64,000 nucleotides of DNA from Escherichia coli (GCF_041248615.1 NZ_CP158426.1); one strand, 5' to 3'; positions 23,659 through 39,303 are shown, counted from the first letter of the stretch. Notes: generated from the letters alone by a model not told the origin. A program made the numbers and translations.

Positions 23659-26054
23659 ATCGCCCCTGCGGTGACGTCGCGCCCCGCGCCAGGCCCACGG
23701 ATCACCAGAGGGTTATCGCGATACCAGCGGCTTTCGATGGCAAAGACGTTATCGCACGGCAGCAGTGATGCCAGCGGATGGTCTTCACGCACCGCTTCCA
23801 CGCCCACACGCGCTTTGCCATTGGCATCGAAACGCGCCACGTAGCGCAGCACCAGCCCCATTTCGCGGGCCGCTTCCAGCCGTTGCACCATCTGCTCGTT
23901 AAGTTCATCGCCGTTTTCAAAGAAATGGTCGATGCTACCACCTTCGCAATGGGCAGGCACCAGCGATTCCACGCGCACCTGATCTGGTTCGATGTCGTAA
24001 CCCGCTTCACGCGCCAGAATCACCAGCTTGCGCATCACGTCTTTGCCGGAAAGGTCATCACGCGGATCAGGCTCGGTTAAGCCCTGCTGCCACGCCTGAT
24101 CCACCAGCTCGGTAAACGGCACGCTACCGTCGAATTGCAGGAACAGCCAGGAGAGCGTGCCGGAGAAGATCCCACTGATCGACAAAATAGTATCGCCGCT
24201 GTCGATCAGATCGCGCACGGTATGGTTGATCGGCAAGCCCGCACCGACGGTGGCGTTGTACAGCCAGTGACGCCCGGTTTTTTCGAAGGCGTCGTGGATC
24301 TGGCGATATTTATTGCTGTCGCTGGCTCCCGCCAGTTTGTTGGCGCTGATGACGTGGAAACCGTGGCTGGCAAAATCGAGATACTGATCAGCAAGCTGCT
24401 GGCTGGCGGTAACGTCCAACACCACTAAATCATCATACGGATGGGCGCGCATCCACAGGAACAGCGACTCTTCATCCTGCTCGACCGCTTCATCGTTGAA
24501 GAAGGCTAACGCGCGGCTGGCGTCCAGCCCGTCATAACTCAACAGGCTACGGCGGCTGTCCACCACGCCTGCCAGCACAAATTCAAAGCCGGTACGCGCC
24601 GAGAGCGTGCTCTGCTCACGGGCGAACAGTTCCAGCCAGCGGGAACCGATATTGCCCTTGCCGAACAATACCAGGCCGATGCGTTTTTCTGCGCGGAAGA
24701 CGGACTGATGCAGCCCCTGAATCAGGCTTTCGGTCGGTCCGGTGCGCAGTACTGCCACCAGGCTGATGCCGTCATCCGACTGCCAGGTAAATTCGACCGG
24801 CTGGCCTTTCAGTTGCTGCCAGAAGCGGTGGCAATGCAGCGGGTTACGGGTTACGCCCGCCCCAACCATCGCCACCAGCGCCAGCCCCTGACGCAGGCGC
24901 AGTTCGCCAGGTAATCCCGCTTCGTCGAGGATTTTCAGCGCACTGTCGGCCACTTCTGAGGTGTAGCAAAATTGCAGCAACTGGCGATCGTTATGTACGC
25001 CAACCGCCAGTGGGCGCACCTGAGCACGTTTCAGGATCTGGTCGATCTCTTTATGCGCCAGTTTGAAATCCTGGCTGGTGGGCACCTGAAACTCAATCAA
25101 GCAGACATCATCGTGGCTGGTGACAATACGCGCACCAGTACCGGAGGCCAGCACGCGTTCAATGCGCGTGGAACCTTGATCCGGCGTGTAGCTACAGCGC
25201 AGCTGCAGGTCAATTTCGCTGCCAGAAACCGGCTGTAAAGTACGGGCGTGAAGAACGGGAGCCGCCAGACGCGCCAGTTCGCTGGCCTCATCCAGACGCA
25301 GCAACGGCAGCAGGCAGGCATCTTTCACTTTACGCGGGTCGGCACTGTATACCCCGGCGACGTCGCTCCAGATGGTGACGCGAGAAACACCCGCCAGCGC
25401 ACCGATTTGTGTCGCGGAATAGTCGGAACCGTTACGCCCCAGCAGCACCGTTTCACCGGCGTTGTTACGGCTGATAAACCCGGTCACCACCAGACGTTTG
25501 CCCGGATGTTGCACCAGTAGCTGTTGCAGCAACGGGTAAGAAAGCCCTTCATCAACCTGCGGTTGCGCAGCGCGTTCAGCGCGTAAAAACTCGCGGGCAT
25601 CAAGCCAGGCCGCTGGCAGCCCTTGTTGATTAAGCACCGCAGACATCAGGCGCGCCGACCACACTTCACCGTGACCCACCACTTCCGCATACACCGCATC
25701 GTTAATACCGCTGTCGAGCAGCGCCGCCAGGCGCTCAAGATCGCTGACAAAAGCGCTAATGAGGCTATCGGCTTCTTCGGCGGGTAGCAGGCCGCTAATC
25801 AGATCGCACTGATAGCGACGCAGCGTTTGTTGAACCTGATGCGCAGAGAGACGATCGGTCTGACTTAGTTTCAACCAGTTAATCAACTGGTTAGTGGTGC
25901 TACCGGCGGCGGAAACCACCATCATATCGTCAGGCTGAGAGTACTCCGCCATAATGCCCGCGACACGCAAATAACACTTCACATCAGCCAGACTACTGCC
26001 ACCAAATTTATGCAGTTGACGACCTTTCGCCCCTGCCTGCGCAATCACACTCAT
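23622..26054 (-). CDS. metL: Bifunctional aspartokinase II / homoserine dehydrogenase II, 810 aa
   Basis: ORF 23622..26054 (MSVIAQAGAKGRQLHKFGGSSLADVKCY...). Confidence 0.95.
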   Translation of the reverse strand: MSVIAQAGAKGRQLHKFGGSSLADVKCYLRVAGIMAEYSQPDDMMVVSAAGSTTNQLINWLKLSQTDRLSAHQVQQTLRRYQCDLISGLLPAEEADSLISAFVSDLERLAALLDSGINDAVYAEVVGHGEVWSARLMSAVLNQQGLPAAWLDAREFLRAERAAQPQVDEGLSYPLLQQLLVQHPGKRLVVTGFISRNNAGETVLLGRNGSDYSATQIGALAGVSRVTIWSDVAGVYSADPRKVKDACLLPLLRLDEASELARLAAPVLHARTLQPVSGSEIDLQLRCSYTPDQGSTRIERVLASGTGARIVTSHDDVCLIEFQVPTSQDFKLAHKEIDQILKRAQVRPLAVGVHNDRQLLQFCYTSEVADSALKILDEAGLPGELRLRQGLALVAMVGAGVTRNPLHCHRFWQQLKGQPVEFTWQSDDGISLVAVLRTGPTESLIQGLHQSVFRAEKRIGLVLFGKGNIGSRWLELFAREQSTLSARTGFEFVLAGVVDSRRSLLSYDGLDASRALAFFNDEAVEQDEESLFLWMRAHPYDDLVVLDVTASQQLADQYLDFASHGFHVISANKLAGASDSNKYRQIHDAFEKTGRHWLYNATVGAGLPINHTVRDLIDSGDTILSISGIFSGTLSWLFLQFDGSVPFTELVDQAWQQGLTEPDPRDDLSGKDVMRKLVILAREAGYDIEPDQVRVESLVPAHCEGGSIDHFFENGDELNEQMVQRLEAAREMGLVLRYVARFDANGKARVGVEAVREDHPLASLLPCDNVFAIESRWYRDNPLVIRGPGAGRDVTAGAIQSDINRLAQLL

Positions 26055-26056
26055 TT

Positions 26057-27217
26057 TTACCCCTTGTTTGCAGCCCGGAAGCCATTTTCCAGGTCGGCAA
26101 TTAAATCTTCGCCATCTTCAATACCGGTGGAGATACGCAGCAGCGTCTCGGAGATCCCGGCGGCAGCACGCGCTTCTGGTGCCATGCCTGCATGTGTCAT
26201 GGTTGCGGCGTGAGAGATTAAACTTTCCACTCCCCCTAATGATTCCGCCAGCGTAAACAACGACAGCCCGCCCAGGAAACGACGCAGCGTCTGCTCATCG
26301 CCATCCAGTTCAAAACTCAACATTGCGCCAAAGCCTTTTTGCTGGCGCGCGGCAATTTCATGCCCCTGATTTTCCGGCAGCGACGGGTGATACAGTTTTT
26401 TCACCAACGGCTGGGTTTGCAGATATTTCACAATCGCCTGCGCGTTGCGCTGGGCCAGCTCCATACGCGGCACCAGCGTTCGCAAACCACGTAGCAGCAG
26501 ATAGCTGTCAAACGCGCCGCCCGTCACGCCAATATTATTTGCCCACCAGGCCAGTTCGGTGACAACGTCCGGATCTTTAGCAATCACCACGCCGGCCACC
26601 ACGTCTGAGTGACCGTTCAGATATTTCGTGCATGAATGCAACACCAGATCGGCACCTAATGCCAGCGGATTTTGTAATGCCGGGCTTAAGAAGGTGTTAT
26701 CCACCACGCTCACCGCCCCGACTTCCCTTGCCAGATGGCAGATTTTCGCAATATCCACGACGCGTAACAATGGATTACTTGGGCTTTCTACCAGTACCAG
26801 TTTGGGGTTTTCTGCCAGCGCTGCCCGTAATGCCTGTTCATCGCCTTGATCAACAAACAACACGCGATAGCAACCGCGTTTCGCCAGGCTGTCGAACAGG
26901 CGATAGCTGCCTCCGTAGCAGTCGTGCGGCGCAACCAGCAGATCGCCAGGTTTCAAAAAGACGGTCGTTACCAGGTGAATCGCGGACATGCCGGTATTAG
27001 TAAGTACTGCACCAGCACCGCCTTCCAGTTCTGCCAGCGCACGCTGAACCACATCGCGCGTTGGGTTGCCGCGCCGCGAGTAATCATGCGCGCGCGGTTC
27101 ATTAAATCCGGTAAAGTTATAGGTGCTGGAAAGATGGATGGGAGGGACAACGCAACCATACTGTTCGTCGTCATTTAACCCGCTACGCACTGCGATGGTG
27201 GCCTGTTTACGCGTCAT
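26057..27217 (-). CDS. metB: Cystathionine gamma-synthase, 386 aa
   Basis: ORF 26057..27394 trimmed to MTRKQATIAVRSGLNDDEQYG; PLP-dependent Cys/Met-metabolism fold; 2 bp from metL. Confidence 0.93.
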   Translation of the reverse strand: MTRKQATIAVRSGLNDDEQYGCVVPPIHLSSTYNFTGFNEPRAHDYSRRGNPTRDVVQRALAELEGGAGAVLTNTGMSAIHLVTTVFLKPGDLLVAPHDCYGGSYRLFDSLAKRGCYRVLFVDQGDEQALRAALAENPKLVLVESPSNPLLRVVDIAKICHLAREVGAVSVVDNTFLSPALQNPLALGADLVLHSCTKYLNGHSDVVAGVVIAKDPDVVTELAWWANNIGVTGGAFDSYLLLRGLRTLVPRMELAQRNAQAIVKYLQTQPLVKKLYHPSLPENQGHEIAARQQKGFGAMLSFELDGDEQTLRRFLGGLSLFTLAESLGGVESLISHAATMTHAGMAPEARAAAGISETLLRISTGIEDGEDLIADLENGFRAANKG

Positions 27218-27278
27218 GTGATGAAGTTCCCTGGGCTTTGTCGGTGAAATGTCAGGCACCAGAGTAAACATTGTGTTA

Positions 27279-27312
27279 ATGGACGTCAATACATCTGGAC
27301 ATCTAAACTTCT
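27279..27312. promoter_or_regulatory. MetJ operator (met boxes) in the divergent metB/metJ control region
   Basis: Tandem octamers ggacgtca atacatct ggacatct aaacttct related to the AGACGTCT met-box consensus, between metB and metJ. Confidence 0.7.
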
Positions 27313-27493
27313 TTGCGTATAGATTGAGCAAATCCCAAATAGCCGTTAAAATTATATGCATTATCACGCCGACAGGTGCATTACACGATGTCACGGTAGC
27401 GCCTGTACGGTAAACTATGCGGGTTTACGGTCAGTACCCACATAAATTGTGTGGTCTGGTCTCAATTTATTGACGAAGAGGATTAAGTATCTC

Positions 27494-27811
27494 ATGGCTG
27501 AATGGAGCGGCGAATATATCAGCCCATACGCTGAGCACGGCAAGAAGAGTGAACAAGTCAAAAAGATTACGGTTTCCATTCCTCTTAAGGTGTTAAAAAT
27601 CCTCACCGATGAACGCACGCGTCGTCAGGTGAACAACCTGCGTCACGCTACCAACAGCGAGCTGCTGTGCGAAGCGTTTCTGCATGCCTTTACCGGGCAA
27701 CCTTTGCCGGATGATGCCGATCTGCGTAAAGAGCGCAGCGACGAAATCCCGGAAGCGGCAAAAGAGATCATGCGTGAGATGGGGATTAACCCGGAGACGT
27801 GGGAATACTAA
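27494..27811 (+). CDS. metJ: Methionine repressor MetJ, 105 aa
   Basis: ORF 27449..27811 trimmed to [45 protein letters not shown]. Confidence 0.95.
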
Positions 27812-27870
27812 AGCGGAAAAGAGCGGCGCGGAGTTAACCAGCCGCTTTTTTCATACATGGACGTTTAACG

Positions 27871-28479
27871 ATGAAAATCAGGCTACTGATCCTCAGCCTG
27901 CTGGTTTCTGTGCCTGCATTTGCCTGGCAACCACAAACCGGCGACATCATCTTTCAGATCTCTCGCTCATCGCAAAGTAAAGCGATCCAACTGGCGACCC
28001 ATTCCGATTACAGCCACACCGGTATGCTGGTGATACGCAACAAAAAGCCCTACGTTTTTGAAGCGGTCGGCCCGGTGAAATACACCCCGCTCAAGCAGTG
28101 GATTGCCCATGGTGAAAAGGGCAAATACGTTGTTCGCCGCGTTGAAGGCGGACTGAGTGTTAAACAACAGCAAAAACTGGCGCAAACGGCAAAACGTTAT
28201 CTCGGCAAACCGTATGATTTCAGCTTCTCGTGGAGCGACGATCGCCAGTACTGTTCGGAAGTGGTGTGGAAGGTTTATCAGAATGCGCTGGGAATGCGCG
28301 TGGGCGAACAGCAGAAGTTGAAAGAGTTCGACCTGAGCAGCCCACAAGTTCAGGCAAAGCTCAAAGAACGTTACGGCAAGAATATTCCGCTTGAGGAAAC
28401 GGTGGTCTCGCCACAAGCCGTTTTCGATGCGCCACAACTCACCACTGTTGCCAAAGAATGGCCGCTGTTTTCGTGGTAA
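27871..28479 (+). CDS. yiiX: Putative lipid-binding hydrolase YiiX (permuted papain-like fold), 202 aa
   Basis: ORF 27871..28479 with signal peptide MKIRLLILSLLVSVPAFA. Confidence 0.85.
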   Translation: MKIRLLILSLLVSVPAFAWQPQTGDIIFQISRSSQSKAIQLATHSDYSHTGMLVIRNKKPYVFEAVGPVKYTPLKQWIAHGEKGKYVVRRVEGGLSVKQQQKLAQTAKRYLGKPYDFSFSWSDDRQYCSEVVWKVYQNALGMRVGEQQKLKEFDLSSPQVQAKLKERYGKNIPLEETVVSPQAVFDAPQLTTVAKEWPLFSW

Positions 28480-28623
28480 TGGATGATAAAAAAAATAATT
28501 CCCGCCGTAGTCTGTTTGTTGCTTTGTAGTTGCACGACCTTTCCGCAAGCTGTCGCTCCGGTAAACGGTGATGCCTCCAATTAGTTGAATTAAGGATATA
28601 ATACTCGCTTTTAAGGTTGTTTC

Positions 28624-28896
28624 ATGGTCACAGTTAACCTTCATTGTCCCCGTTGCCAGTCCGTTCAGGTTTACCGTCACGGGCAGAACCCCAAAAGACA
28701 TGATCGATTCCGCGGCCGTGACTGTCACCGGGTATTTCAGCTCAGTTACTGTTACGAGCCCCGTAAACCAGGAGTTAAAGACCAAATCGCTGAAATGGCT
28801 TTCAACGGTGCCGGGGTTCGCTATACTGCCCTTACGCTGAAAATCGGCATTAATACAGTCATCCGAACTTTAAAAAACTCTCGCCACGAAAAATAA
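28624..28896 (+). CDS. insA: IS1-family InsA-like zinc-ribbon protein, 90 aa
   Basis: ORF 28624..28896; CPRC-x17-CHRVFQ zinc ribbon plus HTH region (GAGVRYTALTLKIGINTVIRTLKNS); roughly 40% identity to canonical IS1 InsA by eye. Confidence 0.75.
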   Translation: MVTVNLHCPRCQSVQVYRHGQNPKRHDRFRGRDCHRVFQLSYCYEPRKPGVKDQIAEMAFNGAGVRYTALTLKIGINTVIRTLKNSRHEK

Positions 28897-28922
28897 CGTC
28901 ATCCCCGGTCGCTCATGCTGAT

Positions 28923-29330
28923 GTGGCACTCATCTGCGAACTTAGTCAGCAATGGAGCTTTGTCGGCAGTAAAGCGCGACAGCACTGGCTCTGGTACGTG
29001 TACAACACGAAAACTGGTGGTGTTCTGGCCTACACTTTTGGCCCCCGGACTGATGAAACCTGTCGTGAACTGCTGGCGCTGCTTACCCTTTTACCATCGG
29101 CATGTTGACCACTGACGAATGGGGTAGTTACGCTAGAGAGTTACCAAAGGAGAAGCATCTGACTGGTAAGATTTTTACTCAGCACATTGAGCGTAACAAT
29201 CTGACCCTGAGAACCCGAATCAAACGTCTGGCCCGCAGAACCATCTGTTTCTCGCGTTCTGTAGAACTTCATGAAAAAGTCATCGGTGCTTTTATCGAAA
29301 ATATATGTTCTACTAATTGGAGTCATCACC
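28923..29330 (+). pseudogene. insB: IS1-family insB-like transposase segment, split across two frames
   Basis: InsB-like sequence in ORF 28923..29108 (EQWSFVGSKARQHWLWYVY) continues in another frame in ORF 29102..29416 (TDEWGSY...RSVELHEKVIG); frame break near 29100; the second ORF reads through the IS end. Confidence 0.6.
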
Positions 29331-29385
29331 CTTCTGATGAGCTTTCCTTGGATGATTACCAGACTGAATACACAGCCAAAGATTT

Positions 29386-29709
29386 TTACCTCATTCTGCT
29401 CTTTTTTCTCAAATGACATATATTATATTTTACATCATATTCATAGGCATATGACATTCCCCCGCCCCCCATTATGTCATTGTGGGTTGATGTTGGGCTT
29501 TCATAAAAAAATACATCTTTTTTTGAACTAGCATTAATTATATTTACTTTATATATTAAAATATTTTCTCCATCTGGAAATATTTTAGCCACACAATATA
29601 AAGCAGCTAAATCCGAATTACTTAAAAATATATTGTCATCACTCATAACTCCAGCCATTAAATGACTGGAGACTAAAGCAAGGAAATAACAACATTGTAT
29701 TACCTTCAT
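29386..29709 (-). CDS. Putative Rhs immunity protein, 107 aa, with N-terminal hydrophobic signal or anchor
   Basis: Native ATG at 29709 lies 1 nt after the reconstructed native rhs stop (TAA, 29713..29711). N-terminus MKVIQCCYFLALVSSHLMAGV; AT-rich DNA. ORF-track entry 29386..29769 is extended into IS5. Confidence 0.55.
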   Translation of the reverse strand: MKVIQCCYFLALVSSHLMAGVMSDDNIFLSNSDLAALYCVAKIFPDGENILIYKVNIINASSKKDVFFYESPTSTHNDIMGGGGMSYAYEYDVKYNICHLRKKSRMR

Positions 29710-29754
29710 TTTAATTACTCCCTTGCCTGATAATTGTAACTCCATTCCCTTTAG

Positions 29755-30950
<1,196 letters not shown>

Positions 30951-33900
30951 TTAGCTTTGGGATTATATTTTAGATAGGTGTTATTTGGTGTTCCCAAGTA
31001 ACTACTGTATTCTTTTTTTCCCATTCCATTCATATAAGAATTCGTTAAATCTTTGCTTGAAAAATTTAGACTATCATAAACATCATTTTCTTTTGTTACT
31101 TTATTGCCTTTATCGTCAGAGTAAAAACCGTGAGTGTGATAATCGCCTACTCTCTCTGAACCTTCAGGGCATTTTATATTTCGCAAGTCTACACTATCAT
31201 TATCATTTGAACTTATCGGATTCATGGGGAAATATTCACCTTGCTTCTTACATATTAGCCCACCATATTCTTTATTCTCGTTAATTGATTCTCCATTACA
31301 CATTGCCAATGCAAATATTCCAATATCATCTATATTTTTTGATTTAAATTCATATAATCCTAATGGATCTATATTTGAGATCGGATTCAACGGATACTGA
31401 TAAAAATTCCATCCCCCCTTCAGCCCAATCGGATCCTGAGTGATATACCGCCCCTGCAGCGGGTCATAATAGCGGTGGCGGTTGTAATAGAGGCCGGACT
31501 CCTCATCATACTGCTGACCCGGCAGGCGGATGAGCTGCTGCAGCTGGTGCGGGTTCTCTTCATTCAGCAGGTTGCCCCATTCATCGTATTCTGCGCACCA
31601 TTCTGTTGCCCCTTCCGTGCTGACAAGCGCCAGCGGCAGGCCGCGATGGTCGCAGTGGTACAGGTGGATTTTTCGCGCCGGCGTGTACACCGGGTCCATC
31701 TGGTTTTGTATCTGCTCCACCGTCAGGCCGCACGATGCCAGCCAGCGGCGGCTTTCCTCACTCACCCGGTCAGCCAGGATTTCACTTTCCAGCCGGTCGA
31801 GCATCTGCACCAGCACCGGCGGGAACACCACACTGCCACCGTCTTCACCGCCGGACTGCTGAAGCGCATCCGCCAGGCTGCGGCGCTGCGTTTTCGCCAG
31901 CTCACCGGTGGCAGTTTCAACTCTGATGAGTGGCGTGAAGCTCCCCGGCTGATAAACCGTCTGGATGCGGGTTCTGTCGTTCTGTATTGTGGTCAGCCGG
32001 TCGCCGTCCCAGCCGTACCAGGGCACTTCCGGTTTCCATGACAGCGACATCCAGCCCGTCAGGTCCCGTTCACGCCGCCATACCCGTTTTGCCACCCTGC
32101 GGCCCAGCAGGTCGTAAAGATAGCGACTTTCGACCAGCGGCTCTGCATATTGTGTCCGCGTGTAGTGCACCAGCCGGTGCCGGCTGTCGTAATGGTACCG
32201 GTGAGTCCGCTCATCATCCGTGCGGATAACCCCTTCCGGGATGAGGTCGGTTTTCTCCGTCAGCCTGCCGTGACGGTCATACCGGTAAAGATAGTGCGCG
32301 TCACGGGCGATACGGTTATCCGGCCATGCGCTGAGGGGGCTGTCCGGGTGCAGCTCCGGGTCGGGCAGGCGGTTGCCCGCCGGGTCCGTGGCATACGGGA
32401 TGCGGATATCAAGGTTCGCTGCCGTGGTGTGGACGCCGGTCAGCCTGCCGGTGTCGCTGTAGCTGTAACTCCGGGTCTGGCGCGGGCTGCTGATGCGGAT
32501 GAGTTCGCCGTTGTCGTTCCAGGTGTAATCGCGGTCATACTGCAGGCTGTTCAGGTGCTGGCTCTGTAACTGCCCGGCAGGGGTGTAAGCGGTGGTGAGT
32601 TCATAACGGCCGAAGCTGCGCAGCGTTTCCCGGTGCAGGCGGTCGCGGGTGAAATCCACCAGCGGTGTGTCGCCGAGTTTCATGCCTGACAGCCAGCCGC
32701 TGCCGTAGGTCAGCCATTCCACGGCGGGCAGGCTGTCCGGTATACAGCGGTTCGCCAGTCCCTGCGCGTTGTACGCATGTCTGGTTTCATGCTGCCAGAG
32801 CAGTGCTTCCGTCTGCGGGTGATGCACCGTCTGGCGCTCACCGGTCAGGCGGCCTTTCTCATCATACCCGTAATGCACCGTCACCCGGTGGCCTTCGCTG
32901 AGATGGCTGATTTGTGTCAGCCAGCCGCGTTCGTCGTACCGCCACTGTTCTGCGGTTTCACCATTCACCGTTCGCTGTGTGATGCGGTCTGCTTCGTCAT
33001 AGTGCCAGTGGGTGACCAGCCCCTCATCCTCGCTGCGGATAAGTTTGCCGGTCAGGTCGTGGTGATAACGCTGTGTGCGGCCGTCAAAGCCGGTTTCCTG
33101 TATCAGCCGGTCGAGTACATCGTAACGGAAGGTGGTGTGGCTGCCGTTTTCACTGGTCAGGCGGATGACCCGTCCGGCAGCATCGTATTCCATACTGCGC
33201 GTCAGACCACCCTGCGTGGTACGGATGGCCTTTCCCCACGTATCGTACTGTGTCCCGTTTCTGCTGCCGTCCGGGGCAATGACGGCGGTCAGGTCACCGG
33301 CGGCGTTGTATTCATACCGCGTTTCATGGCCCTGCATGTCTTTCACCGCAATTAACTGTCCACGGCTGTCGTATGCGCGGTACTGGCTCAGGCCTTCCTC
33401 GCGGTGCACCGTCGTCACCTGACCAAAACGGTCATGGTCATAGCGGGTTACATAACCGGAACAGTCGGTAAAGCTCAGCAACTGACCGTAACGGCTCCAC
33501 GTCATGGTTTTCCGGCTGCCGGTGGCATCTTCCGTTGCGCAGGGGAAGTCACTGTGTGGATTATCATAACGGTAGCGGGTGATATCGCCGTCAGGGGCGG
33601 TTTCCTGAATCAGACGGCCGGATTCATCATATTCCCGGCGTATTTCCAGCCCGTCAGTCCCGGTGGCTGACGTTAACTGGCTGTGGTGGTTATAGTAAAA
33701 CGCCGATGCCCTGCCATCCGGCGTGGTGATGCGCGTGATGAGGCCCGTCACCACATCCGGGCTGTATTCTGTTGTCCGGCCTGCGGCATCCGTCTGTGCC
33801 TTAAGCCTGCCCACCGCATCAAACTGACTCTGCGTGACGCTGCCGTCCGCGTGTTCCTTTTTCACCACCCGCTTCAGCCCGCCTTCGCCCTGCGTGTGCA

Positions 33901-34092
33901 GCACTTCACGGCGGTCCAGACTGTCGGTGATGGTGATGCGGTCTTTCTCATACTGATACGTGTAGCTTAAGCCTGCCGGGTTTAGCTGCTCTGTCACCCG
34001 CCCGTCGCTGTCGTAACGGTAACGGATTTCCGGCCGGCCCGCGCGGTGGTTGAACTGCACCCCAAATGTTGGACATAATCTGACATCTGAAG

Positions 34093-34623
34093 GTGCAGTT
34101 TATGAAACATTCATTTGAAGTAAAACTTGCCGCTGTAAATCATTACCTGGCTGGTCATGCAGGCATCATTTCTACGGCAAAACTCTTTCAACTTTCTCAC
34201 ACCAGCCTCTCACACTGGATTAATCTTTTTCTTCTTCACGGTCCTCGGGCACTGGATTGCAGACACAAGCGTAGCTATTCTCCTGAAGATAAACTTTGCG
34301 TGGTTCTTTATGCTCTCGGGCATTCTGAGTCTCTACCCCGGGTAGCTGCCCGGTTTAACATTCCCAGCCACAACACGGTTAAAAACTGGATAAAAGGCTA
34401 CCGCAAATCTGGTAATGAGGCCTTTATCAGGCGCAGGAAGGAGAAAAGCATGACCCGTTCTGATGATACCCATGAAAACGAGGCAAACATGACGCCGGAA
34501 GAGATGAAGAATGAGCTGCGTTATCTTCGCGCAGAAAATGCATATCTGAAAGCCATGCAGGAGCATCTCCTGGAAAAAAAGCGCCAGGAGCTGGAGAAAA
34601 AACGAAAGTCATCCGGAGCCTGA
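34093..34623 (+). CDS. IS3-family transposase OrfA (HTH), 176 aa
   Basis: ORF 34093..34623; HTH and leucine-zipper-like region; slippery heptamer near its 3' end. Confidence 0.85.
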   Translation: MQFMKHSFEVKLAAVNHYLAGHAGIISTAKLFQLSHTSLSHWINLFLLHGPRALDCRHKRSYSPEDKLCVVLYALGHSESLPRVAARFNIPSHNTVKNWIKGYRKSGNEAFIRRRKEKSMTRSDDTHENEANMTPEEMKNELRYLRAENAYLKAMQEHLLEKKRQELEKKRKSSGA

Positions 34624-34727
34624 GGTGCGGACACTGCCAGTCTGACCTGTTAAAGGCTGCAGGGCTGGCCAGAAGCACGCTGTACTACCAGCTGTCACTG
34701 CAGAAGGCTAAGGACAAGTATGCTGAT

Positions 34728-36530
<1,803 letters not shown>

Positions 36531-36648
36531 CGTAAAATCCTTTTGAAATAAATAAGAACCAGAAGCCTAGCGCCAGTCAACAACAGGAAATGATAATGAG
36601 TTAACACCCCGGAATTTTTCAGAATTTATAAAAGGCAAATTACAGGCA

Positions 36649-36677
36649 CAAAAAAAGCGCCATGCGGCGCTTTTTTC
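36649..36677 (-). terminator. Rho-independent terminator downstream of rpmE
   Basis: Hairpin gcgccatgcggcgc flanked by A-run and T-run (aaaaaagcgccatgcggcgctttttt); potentially bidirectional. Confidence 0.7.
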
Positions 36678-36689
36678 GGAAATCCGGTC

Positions 36690-36941
<252 letters not shown>

Positions 36942-36945
36942 CTAA

Positions 36946-39303
<2,358 letters not shown>

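Larger units (their letters stand above)
28567..29330 (+). mobile_element. Divergent IS1-family insertion sequence, about 764 bp
   Basis: Terminal inverted repeats ggtgatgcctccaattagttgaa (28567) and its near-perfect reverse complement ending at 29330; internal insA-like and insB-like ORFs. No matching 9-bp flanking direct repeat found. Confidence 0.75.

Noticed and set aside
28915-29115. 66-aa ORF MLMWHSSANLVSNG... within the IS1-family element
   Set aside because: No similarity to InsB; the overlapping ORF 28923..29108 in another frame carries the InsB-like sequence.
29271-29531. 86-aa ORF spanning the IS1-family right end into the AT-rich immunity region
   Set aside because: Crosses the IS terminal repeat and is antisense to the putative immunity gene; AT-rich sequence, no supporting signals.
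31475-33970. Long antisense ORFs (up to 192 aa) opposite the rhs core
   Set aside because: GC-rich repeat-encoding DNA yields long stop-free stretches in several frames; products are low-complexity (Arg/Ala/Pro-rich) and lie inside the Rhs frame.
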